Source: Bacteroidota bacterium (GTDB lineage Bacteria; Bacteroidota; Bacteroidia; UKL13-3). From it: DNA of 64,000 nucleotides. Both the position numbers and the translations under genes were made by a program. The DNA lies in NCBI GenBank assembly GCA_947485745.1, contig CANKQY010000001.1:742-64741 (forward strand), given 5' to 3'. Positions 51,104-60,844 of this stretch are shown here, piece by piece. How positions within the stretch are numbered: the first letter of the stretch is position 1; each line of letters starts with the position of its first letter. The notes beneath the pieces were generated by a model, which was given only the letters and a program-made list of their open reading frames with translations, was not told the DNA's origin and made no database searches.

Positions 51104-51158
51104 CAAAATTAACAGCACATTGTTGGTTCAGTGTTAACTTAAGATTACTAAAATGTTA
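51104..51158 (-). promoter_or_regulatory. -7 element plus 11-bp-periodic TAACA array (putative Pho box)
   Basis: Minus TAATTTTG at 51104-51111; + strand TGTTG 51121, TGTTA 51132, GATTA 51143, TGTTA 51154. Confidence 0.65.
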
Positions 51159-51177
51159 AGTGTTGAAAATTTATACT

Positions 51178-51214
51178 AAAAAAAGGGCCCCATTCACCAG
51201 TGAATGAGGCCTTT
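51178..51214 (-). terminator. Rho-independent terminator after the TonB receptor
   Basis: GGCCCCATTCAC-ca-GTGAATGAGGCC stem with an A7 tract on +. Confidence 0.8.
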
Positions 51215-51261
51215 ATTGAATGCAGTTGTTGAACCAACTTCAAAATTAGAAAAATGTTTTT

Positions 51262-54186
51262 TTAAAATTTATAGCTCACGCTCATTGAAACATTGTAACC
51301 CATTTTATACCTAAAAACTACATTGTCCATTTCTAATCTCTGCTGACTAGTTGATACGCCAGTATTCACCAACATCTCTTTATTGAAGGTATCCAATTTT
51401 CCATTGTCGTTGTTATCTTGATAGAAAACTAAGTCTTGAGCCAACAAATCATTGATAGAAAACTTAACATCCAAGCCTTTAACAATTCTTTTTGAAACTG
51501 AAAAATCTATAACAGTTCTTGGATTTTCCCATAAATCTGGAACCTCGCCATTCTTTGCCCTAACAAAAGAAATTCTTCTTCCTACCCTATTCACAAACAA
51601 GGCGGCAGATAAAGCTGTTTTAGGCTCATAATATTGCAAACTTGTGTTCAATATATAAGGTGATTGTCCTTGCAATGGGCGTGAACCAAATTTACTCAAT
51701 GAAACTGATTCGTCTAACACAACTTTCGAAAATATATAAGCATAGTTACAAGTAAACGACATGTTTCTCATCCATTTGGTATCTGCCCATTCATCTACAA
51801 AACCAAAGTTTTTTCTTAGCTCCAATTCAAATCCGTAGTTATTGGCTTTTGCATCACTTGAATAACCTTGTGTTGCATCACTACCAATAAACTCATACAC
51901 ATTTTCAATAGGATTTTTGAAATCTTTATAGAATAATGAAAACGACATTAACTGTCCTTCACCTGGATAATACTCAAACCTTAAATCGTAGTTTTGAATC
52001 CTCGACCTTACCAAAGAAGGCTTACCAGTTACAACTGTGTTTAAATTAAAATCGAAAAATGAGAAAGGTGCAATTTCACGAAACTCAGGACGAGCAACCG
52101 ATTTAAATGCTGAAGCCCTGATATTAACTTTATCAGTTAGCTCATAAGTTAAATTAATGGATGGCAACCAATCATTAAAAATTGTATCACCAGAGATTGG
52201 CTGAGGCGGATTACTGTTTAATGCGAACGAATTTAATTTTTGGTTATACGATTCAAACCTTACTCCATAAACTGCTCTTATTCTGCCATAAATTCTTTGG
52301 TCGAGCATTAAATAACCTGCCTTTAAATTAGAGCTAGCAGTATAAACATCTTGCGCACGAAAATCTTCATCGAAATAAAAATTCTCATTATATTCTTTAC
52401 TCAAGAACATTGTATCTAAAGATCCTTCTAAGAATTTGTTTCTTTCTAAACCTGATAACTTTAAAATAGGAGCAAAAGCACGCGCTTCAAAATCCCTGCG
52501 TCTACTTTGAATAAATCCACCCACCTTAGCTTCTGTTTTTACTTTCTTCCCTGAGGCAAATTCCAACCCTCTTGATAAATCTATACCTGCACTCTGTATT
52601 ACTTCATTTAAGCTAGAGTAAAATCTTCCCATTTGGGTAATATCAGGATTGCTGTTTGTAATCTTTGCAGCATAAGGTGTGTAAGTACCCGTGCCTGCAT
52701 CCATTAAAGTTGAGAAAGTAGAAAACCTCCTAAAATCAGGTATTTGCCTATCAATAATATTATTGTTTAATACCCACTTAACTTTAGTTTTATAGCCAGT
52801 TAAATAGTGCTCCCCAATTAACTGAGAAGTTAATAATTTACTTTGAGAGAAATTATAATAGGTATTTCTAACCAATGGCATTTGCTCACTGGTATAATCA
52901 TCAAAACCAGATCTAAGAATAGTTTGATCCTCTCCATTAATCGTAAATGCATTTTTAAAACTAATCTTGTGGTTATTTCCAATTTTGTAACCAAAGTTGG
53001 CCATAATTCCCATCAAGGTTTCGTTCTTGGTGATGGTATCTTGGTAGCTTCTTGTAATTTGATTGTCATTCGCATCAATTGGTCTGTTGAATTGATTTCT
53101 TTCAACATAAGAATTCTTCATTGAGTTACTGTAACTGGCAGAAATAATAAATCCAAATTGGTCTTTTTTTCTAACAATATAGCTGTTACCTCCAGCCAAT
53201 TGAAAGGAGTAGTTTAATGGCAAAGAACTAATTTTCTGGGTTTTCCAATCGTCGTTGAACTTTTGACTACTACTAATTTTTTCTTCTATAGTCTGACCAT
53301 TATATGAACCTCTTTCAGGTATTCCACTTGGGATGGTGCGTGTACCATCATCAATTCCCAACCAATCTGTTTTGCCTCCATTATAAGTATTACCTTCTTT
53401 AAAAGTTGAAATACTGTGGTATGAAGCGCCAATAGAAGTTGAAGTAAATTTCTTATCAGGAATATCTTTTGTATTGATAGTAATTAAACCTCCCGAAAAG
53501 TCCCCTGGTAGATCAGGTGTAGCAGATTTATTGATAACCATATTGTCCAACATATTGGAAGGAATGATATCAAATGAAAATGCTTTTCTATCACTCTCCG
53601 AACTTGGCAATGGAGCGCCATTTATATAAGCAGTATTATAACGGTCGTTTAAGCCTCTGATAATTGCAAACTTATTGTCTTGGATAGAAGCACCACTTAC
53701 TCTCTTCATTACATCACCTGTGGTGGCATCAGGGGTCTTCTTAATCATATCCGCCGATACGCCATCAGAAATAGAGGTACTTTTCTTTTGTTGAATCAAC
53801 AAAGCACTGGCGGTTTCTCTTTTCAAATCAGCCTGAATAACAACTTCGTTTAACTCTTTTTGAGATTCTTCAAGACTAATGGAAACGTTGGTAATCTCGC
53901 CAGATTTAACCTCTATGCCTTTTAATGTTTTTTTGGAATACGACACATAACTAGCTATTAAATTGTAAAGGCCAGGTTTAACATTACTAATCATAAAATT
54001 ACCTTCATAATCTGTGGCAGCACCAAAGCTTGTACCCTCAATTACAATAGTAACTCCAATAAGCTCTTCCCCAGTTTTCTTGTCAATTACCTTTCCACCA
54101 ATTTTTCCATTAGTCTGAGCAAAAGTAGGCAATGCCATAAAAGCTAAGAAAATGAAGGCCAGTAATGTTAGTATTTTGTTTTTCAA
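51262..54186 (-). CDS. TonB-dependent receptor with N-terminal carboxypeptidase-regulatory-like domain
   Basis: GKVIDKKTGEELIG N-domain; plug IRGLNDRYN, FSFDIIP, DLPGDFSGG; barrel RPEFRE, LQGQSPY; terminal YKF. TTG start. Confidence 0.93.
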   Translation of the reverse strand: MKNKILTLLAFIFLAFMALPTFAQTNGKIGGKVIDKKTGEELIGVTIVIEGTSFGAATDYEGNFMISNVKPGLYNLIASYVSYSKKTLKGIEVKSGEITNVSISLEESQKELNEVVIQADLKRETASALLIQQKKSTSISDGVSADMIKKTPDATTGDVMKRVSGASIQDNKFAIIRGLNDRYNTAYINGAPLPSSESDRKAFSFDIIPSNMLDNMVINKSATPDLPGDFSGGLITINTKDIPDKKFTSTSIGASYHSISTFKEGNTYNGGKTDWLGIDDGTRTIPSGIPERGSYNGQTIEEKISSSQKFNDDWKTQKISSLPLNYSFQLAGGNSYIVRKKDQFGFIISASYSNSMKNSYVERNQFNRPIDANDNQITRSYQDTITKNETLMGIMANFGYKIGNNHKISFKNAFTINGEDQTILRSGFDDYTSEQMPLVRNTYYNFSQSKLLTSQLIGEHYLTGYKTKVKWVLNNNIIDRQIPDFRRFSTFSTLMDAGTGTYTPYAAKITNSNPDITQMGRFYSSLNEVIQSAGIDLSRGLEFASGKKVKTEAKVGGFIQSRRRDFEARAFAPILKLSGLERNKFLEGSLDTMFLSKEYNENFYFDEDFRAQDVYTASSNLKAGYLMLDQRIYGRIRAVYGVRFESYNQKLNSFALNSNPPQPISGDTIFNDWLPSINLTYELTDKVNIRASAFKSVARPEFREIAPFSFFDFNLNTVVTGKPSLVRSRIQNYDLRFEYYPGEGQLMSFSLFYKDFKNPIENVYEFIGSDATQGYSSDAKANNYGFELELRKNFGFVDEWADTKWMRNMSFTCNYAYIFSKVVLDESVSLSKFGSRPLQGQSPYILNTSLQYYEPKTALSAALFVNRVGRRISFVRAKNGEVPDLWENPRTVIDFSVSKRIVKGLDVKFSINDLLAQDLVFYQDNNDNGKLDTFNKEMLVNTGVSTSQQRLEMDNVVFRYKMGYNVSMSVSYKF

Positions 54187-54211
54187 TTCTATGTCTGTTT
54201 AGAAATTGCAT

Positions 54212-54288
54212 CGAAATTACTTTTAGTTCATTACCAAAATGTTACTCCCTTGTTAGAAAAATGTTATTTCAATGTTAAAGTAATATTA
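54212..54288 (-). promoter_or_regulatory. -7-like element plus 11-bp-periodic TAACA array (putative Pho box)
   Basis: Minus TAATTTCG at 54212-54219; + strand CATTA 54229, TGTTA 54240, 54251, 54262, 54273, TATTA 54284. Confidence 0.75.
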
Positions 54289-54327
54289 ACACTATTGTAA
54301 ATCAATTAAATACAAATAACATTTAGC

Positions 54328-55518
54328 TTACTTGATTATCCCTAGCTCATTACCAACCTTTTTAAAGGCAGCTATGGCCTGATCCAAATGATGGCGCTCA
54401 TGTCCTGCACTAATTTGAACGCGGATTCTGGCCTGACCTTTTGGAACCACCGGAAAATAAAATCCTACTACATACACGCCTTCTTCTAAAAGTTTAGCGG
54501 CAAAATCTTGAGAAAGTTTGGCATCGTATAACATCACTGGAACAATTGGGTGTTCACCTGGCTTGATATCAAATCCAGCTTCGGTCATCTCTTTTCTAAA
54601 ATATTGTGTACTCTCCCAAAGTTTATCGCGAAGTGCTGTGGTTTCGGTTAGCATATCTAATACCTCTATGCTTGCACCAACAATTGCAGGAGCCAATGTA
54701 TTTGAAAATAAATAAGGTCTACTTCTTTGGCGTAAAATATCAATGACCTCTTTGCGGCCGCTTGTAAAGCCACCCATAGCGCCGCCTAAGGCTTTGCCCA
54801 AGGTTCCTGTTATGATATCAATCTTTCCAAGTACGTCTCTGTATTCATGAGTACCTCTACCATTGGCTCCCATAAAACCACTTGCATGGCATTCATCAAT
54901 CATAATCAATGAATTGTATTTTTCGGCCAAGGCAACTATGTGATCCAATTGCGCAATGGTGCCATCCATACTAAACACACCATCGGTAACAATAATTCTA
55001 TTTCTACAATGTTGAGTAGCTTTTAGTTTCTCTTCCAAATCTGCCATGTTATTGTGCTCATAGCGGTGACGCTCAGCCTTGCACAAGCGAACGCCATCAA
55101 TGATACTGGCATGGTTCAATGCATCGCTTATGATGGCATCTTGCTCATTAAACAATGGCTCAAATACACCACCATTTGCATCAAATGCCGCCGCATAGAG
55201 TATGGTGTCTTCCGTTCCTAAAAAAGAAGCTAATTTACTTTCTAAGGTTTTATGTATATCCTGTGTTCCGCAAATGAAACGAACAGAGCTCAAGCCATAG
55301 CCATGGGTATCTATGGTTTTTTTAGCTGCTTCAAGTACTCGCGGGTGAGATGATAATCCCAAATAATTATTGGCACAAAAGACCAAGACCTTTTTACCAT
55401 TTTGCATGGTTGCCTCTGCACCTTGTGGTGAAGCTATGATGCGTTCGCGTTTGAATAATCCTGCCGACTCAATTTCGTTGAGTTCTGTTTGTAATTGCTG
55501 CTGTAATTGTCCGTACAT
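54328..55518 (-). CDS. kbl: Glycine C-acetyltransferase (2-amino-3-ketobutyrate CoA ligase)
   Basis: FCANNYLGLS, SVRFICGTQDIH, DECHASG, TGTLGKALGG, RQRSRPYLFSN. Start set at ATG 55518. Confidence 0.96.
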   Translation of the reverse strand: MYGQLQQQLQTELNEIESAGLFKRERIIASPQGAEATMQNGKKVLVFCANNYLGLSSHPRVLEAAKKTIDTHGYGLSSVRFICGTQDIHKTLESKLASFLGTEDTILYAAAFDANGGVFEPLFNEQDAIISDALNHASIIDGVRLCKAERHRYEHNNMADLEEKLKATQHCRNRIIVTDGVFSMDGTIAQLDHIVALAEKYNSLIMIDECHASGFMGANGRGTHEYRDVLGKIDIITGTLGKALGGAMGGFTSGRKEVIDILRQRSRPYLFSNTLAPAIVGASIEVLDMLTETTALRDKLWESTQYFRKEMTEAGFDIKPGEHPIVPVMLYDAKLSQDFAAKLLEEGVYVVGFYFPVVPKGQARIRVQISAGHERHHLDQAIAAFKKVGNELGIIK

Positions 55519-55585
55519 AGTGCTCAAATTTTGTACGAAATTATACAAATTCTATTGCAAGACACCAGAATATTGAAATATGACC

Positions 55586-57877
55586 TTATTCCTCCACCAA
55601 AAACTTTGCAACGTATTGATTTCCTTTATTATCAGCACTTCTAATAATATAAAATCCTGGTTTAAATTGGTTCAAACCGATACTTGTTTCGTATGCATTC
55701 ATGCTGCCAGTTGCGAAATTATTCCCTAAAATATCATAAACCACGTAAGGCATTTCTTGCATGTTTTTATCTGTGCGAATCGTTAAATTGGTTCGAGCCG
55801 GATTTGGATACAATACCCAATTGCTTGCTTGATTAACTTGTGTTTGAAGCCCGCTAATAACACCTTTAATTTCCGTAGTATACAAGCGCACTCCACCACG
55901 CGAATTGCCAATCATTAACTCAGGTTTATTGTCGCCATCCAAATCAAAAGTAGTAGCCGATGTTTTTGGTCCGAACGATAAATTACTTGGCGCAACCCCT
56001 GCCCCATCCGAATAAGTATTCTCCACCTCCTCGCAAACTCTACTGGCACTTGCTTCAAAATTTCTGTATAAAAATACCCTACCCAAATCACATCCTACCA
56101 ATACTTCGTATTTGCCATCCTTGTCTAAATCGCAAACATGAGGAATGGAATAACCATCAAAATAATAGGGAACACCACCACTCATGATTTTTTCGGCCAC
56201 TGTAATTTTACCAATAGAATCAATGCTTGGTGCCGACGTGAAATTTGGGGCAGTTGTGGTTCCAGCATTTTCAAAGTAAGCCAAAGTACCATTTTTACGT
56301 CCCATTACAATATCCAACTTGCCATCTTTGTTTAAATCTACCAATTGAGGGGCAGCACTTGTGCCACCAAAAATGCTGAAGTAATCGTTGCTTTGTTTGT
56401 TAAAAGTAATGTTGGTTCCAACAGTTGTATTTTGAAAATAATGCATTTTGCCATTTAAATCGCCAATCAATAAATCGGGTTTATTATCCCCATTTAAATC
56501 GCCAAAAGTTGGCACCATTCTTTGTATTTTAATAGCTCCACCGTTGATGTTTAAAAAGTTGGAATCTGTTAAAACAAAGTTTGCTTTGGTGGAGGTTCCC
56601 AAATTTTTAAACAAATAGAGCCTATCATTGCTGTTGAATGTTTGGGTATATTCTCCTTGTGTAGATATAACCAAATCCTGGTCGCCATCAACATCAATGT
56701 CTACAAAAACAGGAATGCTCCCTCCGCCTAAATCTAGCATTTGACCAACTAAAAAAGTACTGTTTTGATAGGTAAAATTTGGAACCGTTACTGTGCCTGT
56801 ATTTTTATAGTACATTACTTGATCTTTGTTCTTAGCTGCACTTTCTGCATTAGGGGCAATCAACATGTCTTTCTTGCCATCACCATCCACATCTAAAATA
56901 AAAGAGGCTGGGAATGTTTCCATTTTGGCCTGAACCGAATTTTTAGGAAACAAAGTATCTTGAGATAGCATAGAATCTCTGCCTAAAGGACTAATACTTC
57001 TTCCGTTCTCCAAATAAATCAATGATGGAAAGCCAACATCACCATAAATCAAATCTTTGTCGCCATCATTATCTGCATCAAATAAAGTTAAGGTTGTACC
57101 ATTGTGTTTGGCAGTTTTATAATTGCGGTAACAAGCACTCTTATCATTTAATAAAAAGGCGTTGGTATTTACTAGGTACGACATATAACCCCAGCATTCA
57201 TCTCTAAATAAAAATTTCAATGAATCGCAATTAAAGCCCATTTCTTTACTTTGATTTTGGTAATAGGTAATTACATTTTTTCCAGTTGGCATAATGAGCA
57301 TGTCCATATCGCCATCGCCATCAATATCATTAAAAGCAGAAATATCCGAATTGGAAACCGAAATATTACTTGGAGGTAAAACATCTAAGCCAATATCCAT
57401 TAGCTGATTTTTATCTTGTTTCCATTTTAAATTACCAGCTACAGTGCTTACGTTCCTTATCACTCTTATACCATTGGAAGAAATAAATTTATCTTTTTCG
57501 GGCTGCGCATTGTAATCAACTTCAGTAATAATATCTTCTTTTCCATCGCAATTATAATCGTATAATACTGCCCATTTATATAACTGCGGAAATTGACTTT
57601 CATAAGCTGGAGTATACACATAATTTCCATTACTAAACACATAGGTCATTACCTTGCTGCCTATTCTATCAAAAACAAATAGGTCTTTGATCCCATCTCC
57701 ATTTAAATCAATTTTTGAAAATTGAGGGGCATTTAATCCTCCAGTAAAGGGAAACTTCAAGGTATCGGCGCCATTGAAACTTAGGCTCGCCTTGTTGCTT
57801 AAATTAAATTGAACAGGTTGTGCAAAAATGAAAAAGGGTATAATAACTGTTAACAAAAGTATATTGTATTTTCTCAT
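55586..57877 (-). CDS. FG-GAP/VCBS repeat protein with type A T9SS CTD
   Basis: Many DxDGDGxxD Ca-binding repeats; GGLNAPQFS; LYPNPA...GFYII...AKFLVEE. Confidence 0.9.
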   Translation of the reverse strand: MRKYNILLLTVIIPFFIFAQPVQFNLSNKASLSFNGADTLKFPFTGGLNAPQFSKIDLNGDGIKDLFVFDRIGSKVMTYVFSNGNYVYTPAYESQFPQLYKWAVLYDYNCDGKEDIITEVDYNAQPEKDKFISSNGIRVIRNVSTVAGNLKWKQDKNQLMDIGLDVLPPSNISVSNSDISAFNDIDGDGDMDMLIMPTGKNVITYYQNQSKEMGFNCDSLKFLFRDECWGYMSYLVNTNAFLLNDKSACYRNYKTAKHNGTTLTLFDADNDGDKDLIYGDVGFPSLIYLENGRSISPLGRDSMLSQDTLFPKNSVQAKMETFPASFILDVDGDGKKDMLIAPNAESAAKNKDQVMYYKNTGTVTVPNFTYQNSTFLVGQMLDLGGGSIPVFVDIDVDGDQDLVISTQGEYTQTFNSNDRLYLFKNLGTSTKANFVLTDSNFLNINGGAIKIQRMVPTFGDLNGDNKPDLLIGDLNGKMHYFQNTTVGTNITFNKQSNDYFSIFGGTSAAPQLVDLNKDGKLDIVMGRKNGTLAYFENAGTTTAPNFTSAPSIDSIGKITVAEKIMSGGVPYYFDGYSIPHVCDLDKDGKYEVLVGCDLGRVFLYRNFEASASRVCEEVENTYSDGAGVAPSNLSFGPKTSATTFDLDGDNKPELMIGNSRGGVRLYTTEIKGVISGLQTQVNQASNWVLYPNPARTNLTIRTDKNMQEMPYVVYDILGNNFATGSMNAYETSIGLNQFKPGFYIIRSADNKGNQYVAKFLVEE

Positions 57878-57942
57878 GGCAAGCTTAATTTTGATGCAAT
57901 TTACTGATTCAAATTTAATTTAACTCTTTATTAATCCTTAAA

Positions 57943-59232
57943 ATGACCCTAACTGAAATATACGAGATATACCTTCAACATACTGATGTTTGCACAGATA
58001 CAAGAAAACTGAGCAAAGGCTGTTTATTTTTTGCTTTAAGAGGAGATAATTTCAATGGTAATAAATTTGCGGAACAAGCCTTAAACGAAGGTGCAGCCTA
58101 CTGTATCATTGATGAGCCAGCATACGCCATTGATAAAAAATGCATTTTAGTAAATGATGTTTTAAGTACACTTCAAGATTTAGCAAAACACCACAGGCAA
58201 CAACTCAATCTTCCTGTAATAGCCATCGTTGGTTCAAACGGAAAAACAACTACCAAGGAATTAATAAGTTCTGTATTACAAACCCAATTCCAAGTATTGA
58301 GTACACCTGGCAATTTTAATAACCACATTGGCTTGCCCTTAACTTTATTGATGTTGAATAAAACACATCAAATAGCAGTAATTGAAATGGGCGCTAATCA
58401 TGAAAATGAAAACGCTTTATTGTGCGAAATTGCTTGTCCTAGTCATGGCCTAATTACCAATAACGGTAAAGACCACCTCGAAGGATTTGGAAGCTTGGAA
58501 GGCGTTATTAATTCGAATGCCGAGCTATTTAGTTATTTACACGAACACAAAGGAATAGCCTTTGTAAATGGCGCAGATGAGGTATTGATGCAAAAAAGTA
58601 GTACCATTAAAAACCGCATTATTTATCAAAACAGTGAGCATGAAAAAATTGATGTACATCATACATACATTAAAGCAAACTCCCTTCAACCACAAATAAA
58701 TTTTGCCATAGAAAGTACTGCAATTGCCAGTAATTTAAGTGGCGATTATAATTTTGATAACATATTAGCAGCAGTGAGTATTGGCTTGCATTTTGGCCTG
58801 AACCCAACAGCAATTAAACTTGGAATTGAAAGCTACGAGCCCAAAAATTTGCGCTCGCAATTGATAGAAAAAGAACACAACAAAATATTCTTAGATGCTT
58901 ACAACGCCAATCCCAGCAGCATGGAAGCCAGCATCAGGAATTTTATGGCCATGCCCGGAAACAATAAATTGCTCATCTTAGGAGATATGTTTGAACTGGG
59001 AAAATACGAAGCAGAAGAGCACCAAAACTTGGTTACTTTCTGCGAAAATTTAGGCGTAAAAGAGGCAATTCTAGTTGGAAAAGCATTTTACAAAACACAA
59101 AGCCATTACAAAAAATTTGAAGAAACAGTTGAAGTATCCAATTACTTAAAGGCCTCTCCTGTTCAAGATAAATTTGTGTTCTTAAAAGGCTCAAGAGGCA
59201 TGAAAATAGAGAGCTTAATAGAGGCATTGTAA
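57943..59232 (+). CDS. murF: UDP-N-acetylmuramoyl-tripeptide--D-alanyl-D-alanine ligase
   Basis: TDTRK, GSNGKTTTKE, NFNNHIGLP, EMGANH, DAYNANPSSM, LGDMFELG, KGSRG. Confidence 0.97.
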   Translation: MTLTEIYEIYLQHTDVCTDTRKLSKGCLFFALRGDNFNGNKFAEQALNEGAAYCIIDEPAYAIDKKCILVNDVLSTLQDLAKHHRQQLNLPVIAIVGSNGKTTTKELISSVLQTQFQVLSTPGNFNNHIGLPLTLLMLNKTHQIAVIEMGANHENENALLCEIACPSHGLITNNGKDHLEGFGSLEGVINSNAELFSYLHEHKGIAFVNGADEVLMQKSSTIKNRIIYQNSEHEKIDVHHTYIKANSLQPQINFAIESTAIASNLSGDYNFDNILAAVSIGLHFGLNPTAIKLGIESYEPKNLRSQLIEKEHNKIFLDAYNANPSSMEASIRNFMAMPGNNKLLILGDMFELGKYEAEEHQNLVTFCENLGVKEAILVGKAFYKTQSHYKKFEETVEVSNYLKASPVQDKFVFLKGSRGMKIESLIEAL

Positions 59233-60546
59233 TTAGGAAGCAATCTCCATTTTTACTTTCTTTCCTTTAATTTTTTCGGTTTGAACCAATTGCAAGGTTT
59301 TAAGAATTTTATTGGATTTAATAGCCGCATAAGCCGATTTATCCAATACCTCAATTTTACCCAATTCGTCTTTTTTGAGGTTGCCTTTTTGTAGCAACAT
59401 GCCTACAATATCCATCTTGTTTACCTTGTCTTTTTTACCTGCAGAAATATACAAGGTTTTCCATGCCATAGGTTCAGGCAAAACAAAACTATTTGGCAAA
59501 GTTTCTTCAATAGGTTTTACATCCAAAAACTTGGGCAAATAATCTTCTGGTCCCAAAAGAAAGTATGCCGTTCCTGTGGCGTTCATCCTAGCGGTACGAC
59601 CATTTCTATGAATCATCACATCTTCGGTTGCCGGCAACTGGTAATGAATAACCACTTCAATTTCTGGAATATCTAAACCACGTGCAGCCAAATCTGTAGT
59701 AATTAAAAAATGGATGCTGCCATTCCGCAATTTTATCAAGGTTTTTTCGCGGTCTATTTGCTCTAAACCACCATGGTAAAAACCATGTTCTATTTTATGT
59801 ACTTTTAATTGATCCGAAATCCTATTTACCGCCTCACGGTGGTTGCAAAAAACTATGGTAGGTTTTGATCCAATTTTACCCAACAACAACATCAAAGCTT
59901 CCACCTTATCATCGCCAACTACCTTAACAGATTTAACCACCAAAGCCGATTTTAAATCCTTGTGTTCATTGGTAAAACTGAGTGTGATGGCACTCTTTAA
60001 CCCAACAAAATTAGGTATGTCTTTTAAGTCGGTGGCAGAAGTTAAAATACGCTTTTTAAGGTTCTTTCCTTGGTGTATAATGAACTCCATTTCATCCTTA
60101 AAGCCCATTTCAAGCGACTTATCAAATTCATCTAAAATGAGTGTATGCGTTTGGTTCAAAACGAGACTCTTGGTGCGTAAATGATGGGCAATTCTACCGG
60201 GTGTACCCACCAAAACTGCAGGGGGCTGTTGTAAATTATTTTCCTCTATGCGCACTGAATGTCCGCCATAGCAACAATTTACCTTAAACGCCGTACCCAT
60301 TTGCTTGAATACTTTTTCAATTTGCAAGGCCAATTCTCTTGATGGCACCAAAATTATAACCTGTACCCCTTCTTTATCTGCATGCAACAAAGGCAAAATA
60401 GGCAATAAAAAAGCCAAGGTTTTGCCCGAGCCTGTAGGAGAAATCAACACCACATCCTTATCACCTGATATGGCCTCCATGGCTGCCTGCTGCATTTCAT
60501 TGAGTTCGCTGATATTAAAATTCAACAATATTGGGCTATAATCCAT
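59233..60546 (-). CDS. DEAD/DEAH-box RNA helicase with DbpA-type C-terminal domain
   Basis: SPTGSGKT, PSRELA, GTPGR, DEFD, SAT, ARGLD, HRNGRTAR; GKKDKV...G.I C-terminal domain. Confidence 0.93.
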   Translation of the reverse strand: MDYSPILLNFNISELNEMQQAAMEAISGDKDVVLISPTGSGKTLAFLLPILPLLHADKEGVQVIILVPSRELALQIEKVFKQMGTAFKVNCCYGGHSVRIEENNLQQPPAVLVGTPGRIAHHLRTKSLVLNQTHTLILDEFDKSLEMGFKDEMEFIIHQGKNLKKRILTSATDLKDIPNFVGLKSAITLSFTNEHKDLKSALVVKSVKVVGDDKVEALMLLLGKIGSKPTIVFCNHREAVNRISDQLKVHKIEHGFYHGGLEQIDREKTLIKLRNGSIHFLITTDLAARGLDIPEIEVVIHYQLPATEDVMIHRNGRTARMNATGTAYFLLGPEDYLPKFLDVKPIEETLPNSFVLPEPMAWKTLYISAGKKDKVNKMDIVGMLLQKGNLKKDELGKIEVLDKSAYAAIKSNKILKTLQLVQTEKIKGKKVKMEIAS

Positions 60547-60673
60547 GGTGTGTTTTTGTATGTGTTTGAACCTACGAAGGTAGGGGAAAAAGTTGATAGT
60601 TGGGAGATGGCTGCTAGCTGCTGGCCTCTGGCTGCTGGCAATATATTATTAATACTTATAAATGTGCGTAATC

Positions 60674-60735
60674 CTGAGCATGCCGAAGTGCGGTCGCTGA
60701 GCCTGTCGAAGTGCGGTCGCTGAGCCTGTCGAAAC
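60674..60735. repeat. 23-bp tandem repeat (about 2.7 copies) of CTGAGCCTGTCGAAGTGCGGTCG
   Basis: Units start at 60674, 60697 and 60720; a related inverted half-copy TTCGACAAGCTCA lies at 45282-45294. Confidence 0.88.
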
Positions 60736-60844
60736 GTTGTTCCAATGAGCAGAAATTTTGCTTGGAGGCAATTCGATAAATTGGAGGCAAGATTCAATTT
60801 TTGCCAATTTTTACTTAGCTTGCCAGCTGTTTATTATTTTTATC

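Noticed and set aside
60522..60797. 91-aa minus-strand ORF
   Set aside because: Made of intergenic repeats (FDRLS-type translation); no protein features.
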